This document shows, one piece after another, positions 19,729-31,996 of a DNA stretch of 64,000 nucleotides. The translations under genes and the position numbers were made by a program. Source of the DNA: Zygnema circumcarinatum SAG 698-1b (Eukaryota; Plantae; Zygnematophyceae); the NCBI GenBank assembly GCA_037447605.1, contig CM074819.1:1200297-1264296 (forward strand), written 5' to 3'. The notes beneath the pieces were generated by a model. The model saw only the letters and a list, made by a program, of their open reading frames with translations, ran no database searches and was not told the origin of the DNA. The first letter of the stretch is position 1; each line of letters begins with the position of its first letter.

Positions 19729-22053
19729 CTACCGCCTCTTCTTGCTGCTCCTCGACTGCTTCTTTGGTTTTGTTGGCGTTGTGACAACAATCACAAACAT
19801 GATCACTATGAAGGAGCAGGACAAAAGGGGTCCAAACTTTATGAGAAGATCCTGCACCCAAAACCCCAAATAGAAGAAAACTAAGTGGAACCCTTCAGAA
19901 CTGTTTCGTTTTGATTCCGCCAGTCCTTTATTGAATTGTTAATAAACACATACGATGTAGTTACAACGCATTCAACAAACTGCGGAATTGCGCGATAGGC
20001 AAAGAGGGAGGGAGGGAGGGGGGGAGGGAGGGGGGAGGTAGGCAGGCAGGCTACCTTGATCTGTAGTACAGGTAAGTCAACCATGTTCAAGTTAACGCGT
20101 TCGTTGGTGAGGGAAACAAAGGCAAGCAAACGAATGAAGTCAGCAGTCCGATGTGAAGTGCACCTTTATCCGCCTTCCTCTTCACTTCTTAAAGCTTGAA
20201 GACGCCAAACTGATTGAGCCTCTCAACTTCTGAACCCTACGAGGCTTGAATGCATACAATTACAATCGCTGCTTGAAAAGAGAGGAGGACAATAAAACAG
20301 AGAAAAGTGGAGTGAACCTGCGTAGTTAAAGGAAACTTAACTCTTTTATAGAGTAACAACACAATAGACACTATCCAAAGAAGAGGGAAAAGAAGGAGAA
20401 GGAAGAAGAAGCTACCCAGAGGAAAGGGCTCGCTGCCGGTTTGTCGGAAAGGACATCAAGCTCCGGAACTGGGGTGGAAATAGCCGTCTGTTCAAACATT
20501 CACCAGGAAAACAGGTTCAAAGAATGAAAAAAATGGAAAAACCTACATACAAGACGAGACTTTCACTGTCGAGCATCGAAACTTGAAATATAAGGATTTC
20601 AAGGTACCAAGGTTTTCGAAATTTAAAAAAAACTTAAGAGCGTAATCGTACGCATGAGACAAGCCATTGTTCAGCCCTAATTCCCTCCATATTTTGTAAA
20701 TTCGTAGTGGAAAGCAAGTCACCTGCAGCTCCGACTTGGAAGCCACTCGGTACTTCACTATCGCAGGAGCCGTCACAAACGGGCCCTTCACTTTAGGGCG
20801 AAGCAAAAGGGAATGCTGAAGGGGAGGAGCACCTCTGCAGGAAAGAAAGGGAGGGGATTAGACAATTAAAGACAGTTAAAATTACATGTAACAGTGCAAG
20901 ATTGGTGATTACACATCTCCCTCTCCCTCCTTCTCCCACCCTCCCCCCTTCCTGCTCCAAAAGAGTGTTGTTCTGCAGGACTCAGATACAGCTGAAACTC
21001 TCAAAGGATGGAAATAGTCAGGATTTTTTAAAAGCTGCTTATAATCCAACTAAAAGCATACGTTTTTTTGACAACTCTCAATGGCACAAGAGTTAGAGTA
21101 ATGATATACATGTATTACAATAATAAAAAAATAGTGAACAAAAAAGCTCACACTTCCAGCTTCGGCCATGTCGCAGTGGTGTTGCCCTCGATGTCGAAAA
21201 TGTCCGAAGGCCAATTGTTGTCCGTCAGAGCAACATCGTACGCAGTGCTGCATTTCCCAACCGTCCAAAAATGTGCTTCAGTCGACTAGGAAATAGATCA
21301 ACCAGAGAACTAAACAAGGAAGCCACGAGAAATCATGAAGAGATTGGATTGGAAGATCCTTCCAACCACGCCTTGCAGGCCTTATTGCTGTCAAAAAATC
21401 AATTTCATAGCTCCTCTCTCCCTCCCTCTCTCACTTCTCCCACTCTCCCCCCCCTCCCCCCCCCCCCCCTTCACCACCTGAACCCCAAAAACCCTGAAGA
21501 CCCCAAAACTCAAACCTCTTCAAGCTCAACGGCAGCCCACCCTAAACCCTAAGCATTTGCGCCCAAAGCCTAAGCCTTTGCTTCACCCCAGCTGCAACCC
21601 CTGACCCGATCCCTGAACCCTCAGAAGCCCCAGACCAAGCATCCCCCTGAACCCTGCGCTCTGAACCTCCCTGCATTCGGAAATCTGAATTCCGACCCTT
21701 TCTTCCCCCCCCCCCCCCCCCCCCCCCCCNNNNNNNNNNCCCCCCCCCCCCCCCCCCCACTCCCTCAACTGACCCTTCCCATTCCAACCCTAGTACCAAC
21801 CCCCGCCCTGCGCGCCCCTGAACCATGCGCCTCCCTGTGCACCCCCGCCCTGAACCCTAAGGGGAACGTACATCGTGCCGGCGTTGTGGACGCGGAAGGA
21901 GACGGTGATCTCCTCGCCATTCTTGAACCGCCGCGTGGCAGCGCTCTTCTGCACCACAAGGAAGGCCTCTTCCGCCGCCGCCGCAACCGGGCGGGGGAGA
22001 GCGGCCGCCAGGACGCTCAGGAGGAGGGCGAGGAGGGCTACGCGGGCAGCCAT
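19729..22053 (-). CDS. SSR2: Translocon-associated protein subunit beta (TRAP-beta)
   Basis: A signal peptide is followed by AFLVVQKSAA...ITVSFRVHNAGT|TAYDVALTDNNWP...|...LRPKVKGPF...AIVKYR|TAISTP...|a TM segment and a basic tail ending KKRR*. There are five GT-AG exons. Confidence 0.9.
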
Positions 22054-22121
22054 GGCGGGAGGGAGGGAAGGGGGGAGGGAGGCAGGAGGGAGAGGAGGGA
22101 GGGGAGGAGAGGGGAGGGCGA

Positions 22122-22127
22122 CACGTG
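22122..22127. promoter_or_regulatory. G-box (CACGTG) ~70 bp upstream of the TRAP-beta ATG
   Basis: ACACGTGGC. Similar boxes occur at 488, 27861, 27946, 37991, 57616 and 57633, all in gene-proximal upstream regions. Confidence 0.4.
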
Positions 22128-22519
22128 GCGCGCTGGAGCGCAGCAGAGCCGGGGAAGGACGGTAGGCGAGACGGCAGTTTGGCTTGGTAGGAGCGACGAT
22201 CTATGTGCTAGTTCCAGTTTACAGGCACAGCAGCCCGTTTCAGTCCAGTTACAGTTCGCAACATGCAGCTTCATAATCAGCCATGTTTATATGTGGGGGA
22301 GAGAAGGTTCAGAATTTGGTTCATTCCAATTCAATCCCATCAAAGGACACAATAGAAACCGAGTGTAGCATGCCACCACATTTCTAATGATTGACCAACT
22401 TGTTCAACATCAACACATTGTACATATGGAACAAAACAACTCCAAAAGCCTGGAGTCCCCAACCCATGCTTTCTCTGCCTCTTCAAATGCCCACTCTGAG
22501 CAACAACCCATTGTCCATG

Positions 22520-25500
22520 TCATGACGAAAGCTCTGCTCCAGCTGCGACCAACTGTCTAAGTATGAAGCCACAAACGGACTGAAAGGCAGCCCATGTCGT
22601 TTCTTCATGGACACTCGTTCCGGCAGAAACACGGCGACAGTCACAAAATGGAAGGTCGTCCATTATGTTGTCCTGGCCAACTTCACTGCTCGCTGGGCCG
22701 CTCTTCTCCTCCCCTTCTTCCTTTGTATCATCTGCCTTTGCTTGCAAGGAGGAGCTTTCATTCCTTTCCTCTACCACATCAGTAGCTGTTGTTTTGCCCT
22801 CGTCTCCTCCACCTATTTCCTCCCCTTGGCTCGTCTCTGCCTTCGTGAAATCTCCCGGAGGACATCCAAAGGCTGGAGTCACTATTGTGTCCAGAGGGAG
22901 GTCGCTTGTAACCCAATTGATGCACTGCTTGCAGAAGAAGGTCTTTGCTGCCTTTGAGAATGCCTGCAACCACATACAAGAATTAGGAACCTTGGCTCTC
23001 TCCAACTTTTTGAGGTTGGCAGTTCAAACCTTATCCACAAGACAATGAAAGTTCAGCACCGTAGACACTGAGAGATAAAAGCACAGTAATAGATTGTTAG
23101 GTTTACGAAGGTATTCAAGCTCTAGGAAAGGTTGTTCTGTGAAATGAAGTTCAACCCCATGTAAAGGAAAGAAGATATCGTGCATTTCATCCGCATATCG
23201 AAACATTGGTTACAGAGTGCTCCCAAACAGCAGAGGACACACCTCAGTTCCGTAAGGGCCGTGAACGGAATCCGTAAATGCAACGGCACGGACCTTCTTT
23301 AGCACCCCCTCACCTGGAATCATAACAGAACACAAAATTCGATCACTTTTTGCTAAGAGTCCACTTCCTACCAGTACCAGTATTCAACAAGTTCAACGTT
23401 CAAGCAGTTTGAATATGGTTCAGACATTTCGCTGACTCTCGAGACTCTGGCACTCGTGAAAGTAATTTCAGAACTCGCGTTTGATAGATGAAGTGCGCAA
23501 AATCGCAGAATTGACATTTCCTTAACGCACAACATCACTGCGAACGGGAGTCTCTCTCTGAAAGTCACTCTGTGTGGAGAAAGAACGTTCCTGCTTGCAA
23601 AAGCTTTGCTCTCATGGAGCAAATAACTGGAGCATGCATACCTCTTCTATAGAGCAAGTTACAAAAGCCGACTCCTCCATACGAATGTGCAACCACAGCC
23701 ACGTGGCGAGCAGGTAGTGGCTCAATGACTCGGTCCCAGGAGTAGATCACATGTGATATGGCATTTTCCTTTTCTTGCAGAGACAAAAGAGCAGGAGCGC
23801 ATGCTCCATTTTTTAAGATTTATGCATAAGAGTATAAACTGTGCCTCTCGTTCGAGATAACATGGCAAGGAGAGTTGCTGACAGCCGGTCAAAACTGCAA
23901 AATTGGTTTTGGATGGAAGGGACGAACTGATAGTCTGTTCTGGAAAAGCAAGAGCCTTACATAAACATATCATCTCTGCCATAACAAAAAGTGGCAGGGG
24001 AAGGGAGGAAGGATCTTATCCAAGTTTAGCTCAAGGCTTGCAAAGATTAGCAGAAAAACTCGACGAAGATGACAAAAAACTAAAGCTTTTGTGACGATTT
24101 TCAGCCGTAGAAATGAAACACTAAATATTGAATAAAGGCAACAACCAAAGCTCACCTCAAAGGAGCCGGTTCTCGCATTTGGGTTCAAAACCACCACGCC
24201 AATACCATGGTGCTCAGCCCAGTCTGCATATCAGCAGCATATGGTCAGAATTGAGGAATTATGAAGGAACATGAATTCATATTTTGAAGAAGTAGCCGAG
24301 TCACAAAAAACATAACAGTCAGAAAGGTGCCTATTCTTTTGTCCCAGCCCTGCAAAGGTACGTCAAGAAAGACAGAAATGGAGGGAATGACTGCAGGATC
24401 AGTGCAGAGAGGGAGAGGAGGGAGGGAGGATGGCAAAAACTCACCAAGAAATGGGAGAACACTTCCGCTTCGCAGAGAATCCTGTATTGCAAAGCGGAGA
24501 AGTTTGATGCAGAATTGAATTCCTGATCATCTTCCGGCAACAAGCCATTTTCAAATTTTAAAGTTTTTGCAATCCATTCTGAGTGTTGGCTCGTCTCTCA
24601 AAGGCAACTCACATTTATGCAAAGTCGTCGTGCCCACTGCCCTGCACTGCCCCTCCCCCCATCATGCCAACCTTCCCCTGTGTTATCACCTAAAGGGAGT
24701 TCGGGATGCTTAAAGACTCTACTCTTCAAAATCCTCCAAGTGCATGAGATTGCTGCACATGCTCCTCTAAAAATCTACCATTTTCCTTTTCATTCCCCAA
24801 GACAAATAGCCATAGGCACCACGCAAGCCCCTCACATGTGTCGACGTCACTTCGCTATGATGATTGAAGTCAAAGCGAGGATATAGGAGCAAAGGGCAAC
24901 GAACAGAAGGTGGCTTGATAGCTACATCGAGCCTCTCATCTACTACTTTCTCGTCAGTTCGCAACGTTTCCAAAGTCCGGTTCCCAGGAACACCCTCTAT
25001 GCATTAAGCCTATGCGAGTCAACTGTTAAGAAAGTAGGGATATGTGATTGCGCGACAGAGGAAGAACGAAGGGCGTACTGGAAAGATGTGGATACTCACG
25101 CCACTCTCCCACTGCCGCAGAGAAGGACCAAAACTGCGTCAGATTTTTGAGCCAAGGAGGAAACAAAAACTGGGACTCGGCGCTGCAACAGATCTGGTTC
25201 CTGCATGAGAACACTGCGCAGCAATAAGTACGGGAGACCACTTTCCGTTCCCTTTCCGCACATGAGACTCTCTTCCCATAACTTTAGTCTAGTAGCTACA
25301 CAAGAAGCGCACAGAAATGAACGTTTAATCAGATGGAAACATATAGACTGAAAATGTCAGTCTGCCAGTGTTACTGTTGGCTATAAACTTGAGACAAGTA
25401 TCAAGTTTGTCTTGTACAAAAACCCTTGAAGAGGTATAACTTCACTTATCGTGAGCAATGCTCAGTGCCTGTTCCTTCTGAATTGCCTTGTCTTGCCTTC

Positions 25501-26634
25501 TCTACTTCTTGTTGGTCTTGACCGTCCTTGCTCCAGATCATGAGAGTGAAAGCGAAGTGAGTTCAGTGATAGTTCAGTTATCACAAATGAGGCATGACTT
25601 CCCTGTTAAACGAAAATTCTATGTTTCTAGAGTACAGTTCACGCTAAGATGCTTACTCTGCCTTCTAAGTCGACATCCAAAGGGAGCTCAGTGCGTTTCA
25701 TATGGTAGTCCTGCGAAAGTGATAATGGCAAAAGTAAATAAAAGGGAGGTTTTCGAGAACGTGAAGCAATTAGATTGGGTTTGAATGAAGGGAGGCGAAA
25801 TGTAGTAAGAAATTCTACCTGCGAGAGCATAACCTGCTGTGCCAGATACCAACAAATGTTGTCTCTCGATGTTGCACATGTTCTATTTGAACTTAGCATT
25901 AAGCCATTGCAAGTGAAAAACTAAAATTCGACTGACAATCACTGAACAGTGAACAGACGACAGTAGGACTAATCTTTTTCATGTTGAAAACAGGAGAGGA
26001 TGGAGCTGAGCACAATAAAAAACATTGCAAGATATTCAGGAAATGATGTACTTGAAAAAGTGTTCAATAAAGGGAATAAAGATGCAGTACTGGAATACCT
26101 GAACCATCATCTCTTGGATGCGTTCTGCAACGAGGTCAGCCAGCTGCTCGTAATGCCACTGATAACAGCATCCAGATAATACGTAAAACGGGTAGAAAGG
26201 AAAAACACGGGAAGCTTTTTGTCAGTAGCCCAACTGATAAAGGATACTGATAATCTTTCCTTCCCCTTTTTCAATACAATACGCAGAAATCGAACTGAAA
26301 ACAAATTCGGCGCAAAGAAAGCTGACCTGGTCCACAAACTGGAACGGATTTCCTGCAGTCAGACAACCTCTCCTAGTACTCGTCAGCCAGAAGGTGCAGG
26401 CACGGAACGCCGGCCAGCCCTTAGAGCAAGCAACTCCCTAACAGCTAGCCTCTTCAGGACCCTGCGCCTTGGCCGCCCCTGACCCCTCGAGCCTCCCTCA
26501 CCCGTGGCGGTCTGCACCAGGCGAAAGTCGCGCGAGAACTCGTATCCCATTGTCGCCAACGCCTCGGCAGACAACGTTGGCAGGATCGGCGCTCCTTCGG
26601 GCTCGTTGGCTAGCTGAGGAGGAGGGGCGTCCAT
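22520..26634 (-). CDS. FAM172A-like: FAM172/ARB2A-like (Arb2 domain, alpha/beta-hydrolase fold) protein
   Basis: Motifs on successive exons: LATMGYEFSRDFRLVQ (N-terminal), GVVVLNPN, HVIYSWDRVI...HVAVVAHSYGG, NWVTSDLPLDT and CRRVSAGTSVHEETTWAAFQSV. Internal exon boundaries are only partly resolved. Confidence 0.75.
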
Positions 26635-27575
26635 GGCGGGAGGCAGCCAGGGAGGCAAGGAGGAAGGGTGGGAGGGAGGGAGGGAGGGAGAGGGAGAGTG
26701 GCAGAGAGCGGGAGGATGGGGAGTGAGTCTCTTCACTGTGAGAGGAACTCTCTCTCTTCCACTCGTACGGTCTTTCCTGTGACGGAGCCGTACGAGTGGA
26801 AGTACGGTGGTTGCACCCATTGGTAGGAAAACATAGCCAACCATCGCCAATGGCTGCAAACGCTCAGATTCAATTCAATGGTTGGCAAACCCAGCCAACC
26901 CATGCCAGGCTTGCAACCGTTGGTTGGCAGTGGTTGACAACCATTGCCATTGGTTGCGAACCGTCGGCCAGTCGACCATTAACTAACAGTGGTTGGCCAT
27001 TGTTTGCAAATCCAATGCTTTCCACATGTAATTCGCAAACATTAAGGTTGGCATTCACCTCACGATGGCGACAACATCAAAACACATTGTGTAGAACCAA
27101 ATGAAACGGTCGCAAACGACCTATGCAAGAAAGCTTCTAGGCCCAACAACACGACTCTAGAAGCAACAGCGAAGGCCGGCAACGGGGCCCACATCTCGCT
27201 GACGGAGTGCTAGGAGGCTGCCGGTAGGGTTTCGGGTTTACGTTTCAGGGTTTAGGGTGCAGGCTTCATGCTTAGGGATTAGGAGTTTTGCTTTAAGATT
27301 TTCAGTTTTGAGCTTTTGGTTTAGGATTTAGGGCGTAGTATTTAATATTGCAGGGTTTAAGCATAGCCTAGGATTCAGGGTTTAACAACATGTGGCGAAG
27401 CATGATGGCGAACTTGAGGATAGGAAGGTATGAGCATTCCCAACTTCCCAAGCCTGGAGGGACGCACGCAAGCTCTAGGCATTTACCAAACGCAAGTGCG
27501 GTTCTAGGGCCGTACTATGGCGCCGGGAGCAGCCTTAAGTCCATAGCTTTCGTCTTTCGAACTCTGGTAGCGGTT

Positions 27576-27722
27576 GGTTCCTCCTCGAGGTTCCCCATGT
27601 TGTTGTTGGTGTTGTTGTGCATCCCATGTCATGCCATCCGGCTGGTTCCTCCTCGTGGATCCCCATGTTGGTGTTGTTGTTGGTGTTGTTGTGCATGCCC
27701 ATGTCATGCCATCGCCATCGCC
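27576..27722. repeat. Tandem duplication of a ~62-66 bp unit plus GCCATC repeats
   Basis: Two copies of GGTTCCTCCTCG.GG.TCCCCATGTTG...TTGTTGTGCAT.CCCATGTCATGCCATC. Confidence 0.8.
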
Positions 27723-28157
27723 ATCGCAAATCGACCAATGCGGCCATGCCCCTTCCACCTTTCCAACGCGGACAGTTGGCGGCGTTCCCGCCGTGCGATC
27801 TTCGGCCAGCGCCAATCCCGACCGTCCGTGCGGGTTCGCGGGTCCACGGCGAGCCGCGGCCACGTGGCGGAGCGGCCGGCCAGGGTGGTCGCACACTTGG
27901 CCGCCGCACAGTCGGCGTCCCAACGGGCACCCAATGACTTGGCGCCACGTGACACACGACCCACAACGGACGGCCGCGATCTTCCCGATAGGAACGTGAT
28001 CTCCTCGGGGTCCACATCAGCAAGCCGCACGTGCGAGGATCGTCTCTGGGGAGCCTGGAAGGGAGAGGGAGGGAGGGATTGAGGGGCCTGCTGTAAGAGG
28101 TGGGACGAGGAGAGGGGAGGAGAGGAGAGGAGAGGAGAGGAGAGGAGGGGAGGGGAT

Positions 28158-31100
28158 ATGGAGGGAGGCGCCATGCGGCTGACTGCTGCGGAGTCCCTCT
28201 CTCTCTCTCTCTCACTCTCGCGCGGCGTGAGTCGCGCGGGATGCGCCGCATCAGGGGCTTTCAGGCCGAGAGGGCAGCAGCTGCGGCTGGGCGGCAGGGT
28301 TGGCACGTGCAGGGCGACTGCAGGAGCTGCTGATAGCCAGAATGGAGGCACGCGCGTGGCGTCTGCAGCTTTTGAGAAGCTTCCGTTGGAGTTTGGAGAG
28401 GTTGTGGTGGAGGGAGATGAGGAGGCTGTAGATGACGATGCAAAGATTAAGCTTGAATGCGACGAAAGCGGCTGTGTCTGGGTGGTTGGAAAGAATGTTT
28501 CAGGATTGGAGGATAACAACTCCGAGGGCTATCTGCATTGCGGATTTGATGGTGAGAGTTCAGTTCAAGCTTTGGTTGCAGGAAGGCCATTTTTTAGGGT
28601 TATGGATGGAATGTTGCAAGGAATGCTGTGCAGGCTGCTGAAGGGGCATTTTTGGTTTTTCTTCTTGAGTCAGGGTGCTACTATGACACCCGGAAACCGC
28701 GGAAAGATTTCAAGGTTGTTGAGGGAGCTGGATGGCGCCTTGGATTTGACACAGCTCCGGAGAGCGAAGAAAGTTTTTGTGCCGTTGTAAGTAAGGATGA
28801 TGTGTTCTGGAAACAATGCAAATGTAATGTTCAATAGAAGTAGGTTTTGTTTCGCTGAATTAACTGCATTGTACTGACAACATTGTCAAGATGCATCCAA
28901 GCGCAATGTATAGAAAAGCATTTTTGTTGGCATTATAGCTTTTTCTGGTTGAATCATTTTCAAGTAATAGGTAGGATAGGATAGCCAGGATTTTTAGGTG
29001 AGACTTATTGATTTTTTGTCGGTGTATTCGAAGGCGTTCTTGGAAAAAAATCCGTGCAATCTTTTGAAAGTTGAAAACAGTTTCGACTGAAGTCGGTGAA
29101 CTCCTTCAATGGTCGACATTGCCCTGTATGTTTAGGTGTACCCGCTTTGATAAAGAACTGTCATCTGACTGCCACATGTTGCAATAGGTCGGAGCTGGAG
29201 GTTGGAGTGTCGCACTTACTGCATCAGAGTTCAACGATTTTACGCAAGTAATTCAGGTTTGTCGAACCTCTTGTTCTCTCTTTTTCTTGAATTCTATGAA
29301 TCCACGCACGCCACACCATGTTTCAGGTTAATATCTTGGTGTAGAGATTTCAACGGAGCAATGACGCTTCAGTTGTTTGCTAATCTTGAGGTTCTTTCAC
29401 ATGGACTTGTGACTGGTGCTATGCGATACTGTTAATCAAGATGTCCTTATGAGTATCTGTACGAATGCGTTCGGTCTGACAGAAATGTGTCTCCATGGGG
29501 CAATGGCTTTGCAGACGCTGCGGAAAGGCATTGTTACTATGGAGCAAGATGGTGTGATTGGAAGGGACAAAGTTGAGATGAAGGTTTGTACCGTCTATTT
29601 CTCAGTCAATGCACCGAGTTATGCGTCCAAGTTTGTGCAGATGTCGTCATCTCAACAATGTAGTCTGCTTTGCCATGGCAAAATTGAAGAGGTTACTCCT
29701 GCGGCACGTTATTAATGCATGGGGACAGCCAACTACCTTCCTGCGTACAGTGCTGAAGGAAGGGAAAGGTGACAATAGGGCAGTTACTTGCTGAGGATTC
29801 TCTTCCAATGTACTTGGTGGTTTGCGTGATGAACAACTGGATGGCATCCTTGAAACATGAAAGTAGAGATTTCTCTTGAAACCTGGTTGAGACGGGACGT
29901 TTGTGACAGGTACGGAGAGGGACTGTATGGATGGACGCTACATTTCCTGGGAAGAGGCTACCCTCCCTGCAGAGGCTGTGGAAGGTACTGCTACTTGAAC
30001 CACTGTTTCTTGAAGAGGAAACGTCCTATTATGTACTTACTGGTGATTCTTCCTTCCTTCATTCTGGACAGTTGGGCCATGCCTATATATACTCGTATTG
30101 TCTCATATCCGACACCCTAAATTCCCTCATGAGTGAAACATTAACTGATGCCAATTGAATCCTGATTAATGTGTTCGTGCCATCTTACAAGATGTCTGCT
30201 CCATTTTCTTGCAGACCTATTTGCTTCATAATTCTCATTCCTTTAAGTGGTATTTCGATTGGTTTTGCTCACTCTTTGGTTTCTTATCCTCGCCTCTTTA
30301 AGGTTCTCTTTTGCTCCTTGCTACTCATAAATCATTGGGAATGTCTTCGTAGGAGGTTTCCCTGTGAGTGCAGCTCGTGGTTGCTCTCGCTCTTGTGCTT
30401 TGCTGTGATTGTCGTTGTCGTTGCTACTGCTCTTACCTCTCTTGTTCATTTTTCTTTTTTTTTGTTTCTTGGTTCATTGTTCTTGTCCAACTTGGTTCTT
30501 GCCTATGCTTCTTGGTTCTGAGTTCTGTGCTCTTGCTATTTTTTTTTTCATTGTTGCACTTCTTGTTTGTTGTTTCTTGCTCCTGCACGTCATGTTCTTG
30601 ATCTTCATCTGCATCTAGTTTTTCTTACTTATGATTGCTCCTTTGTTCCCCTGCGTTTTTTTTTCTTTATCCATTTCCCTGTCCCTGTCCCTCATTGTTT
30701 TCATTGGTCAACTAAAGCAAAGGTTTTACCAAAAGTAGGAATCAAAAGTGACGTAGTCTTGAATAGTGCGCCTATTACTTAAGTGCTATGGTTGGCCTCC
30801 CTAGAACAATTTGAAGGGCACTTGGCTAGGCGTCCCAATCCCTGCCAGTAGCATACCAGCTGAAGTTCAAGCAGTCAAGCCAAGGGCACTCTATTCACGG
30901 ATCATGAGGGGAATGACTTCGCAAAATTGGAAGCAGAAGGCAACTCCTGCATTGGATAGTGTATGCAGGAGCAATAAATTTCACTTCTTGTACGAGTAGC
31001 AAATATTTTGCGCTAAAGATTCTTCCGTCAAATGAATCCCTATACGTCTGTATTGCCTTGCTATATATGTATGTTGCTCTTTCAAGTATTTTCCTACTAA

Positions 31101-31996
31101 CGTAGAGACCACCATCATTCGACGTCATGTCCTGCTAACCATCTCCCTTCTGTTGTTCTTTTTCTTCTGCCTTCAGATTGGTGAGAAGAATGTGAGCAAA
31201 GCATTTGAAATCAGCTTCCAGCTGGTTGGTGATGATCAACGACGGCGGGTAAGAAAAAAGGAACTGCTGAAGCTGGTCTATCTTTCTGCCTAAAACAGAC
31301 AATAAGAAGTGAATTCACCTCTTGGTTACCTTCCTGTACCGAGAAAAAGATGAAGGACTATGAATAGCACTCTACAAATGGAAAAATAGAGCGGAAATGA
31401 CGAAGGATAATGCTCCGCAAAAGGCAGAAGATGTTGTAATCTGAAGACATTGGTGGTTTCTTTAGCGGTAGTTACTTCAGTTAGGGGCTGCAAGTCAATC
31501 ATGCTTAATGCATTCCCATATGTCACTATCTCAGTCCATCTTTCTCTCTCGTGTGGGCCACCCCTCTCTCTCTTTCAGGTCGATGCGTCTCTGTCCTATC
31601 TTTTTCAAACCTACAAACACCCACTCAGAACCTTTTTCCCATCAGCACGCCATCTCTGTTCTGAACGTGTACATGTGCCTCGTGTTTTTTCCACAAGAAG
31701 CCGACGTGATTGTAGAATAGGGTACAGATTTCATTTCACTTGATGTGCGTTCAAAAACATTTGTTTCAACCGTAGTCCTGATTCCAGTCTTTTATTGCCG
31801 CTTGCAGGCGGAGGGCTTCTGGCCTGCAGAGGCAGTGCTGGACATGTTGACGAAGGTGGATGAACTGGCTGCCAGCAGCACCGTGGTGTTTGAAGCGGAG
31901 CCGTCTGCCCCGGAAGAAGGGGAAGAAGAGGACGAAGAGGAAGAAGAAGCTGAGCTTGAAGACGTACCCGCTATTCGACCTGCTGCAGCGGCATAG
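28158..31996 (+). CDS. Probable plastid-targeted DUF1818-family protein (cyanobacterial origin)
   Basis: Exons 28158-28551, 28674-28786, 29188-29256, 29515-29583, 29910-29984, 31177-31248 and 31808-31996 join in frame. They give EGAGWRLGFD...FCAV|VGAGGWSVALTASEFNDFTQVIQ|TLRK...|VWMDATFP...|FEISFQLVGDDQRRR|AEGFWPAEAV, which parallels the cyanobacterial DUF1818 pattern as I recall it. The N-terminus is Arg/Ala/Ser-rich like a transit peptide. The start may instead be 28173. Confidence 0.75.
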
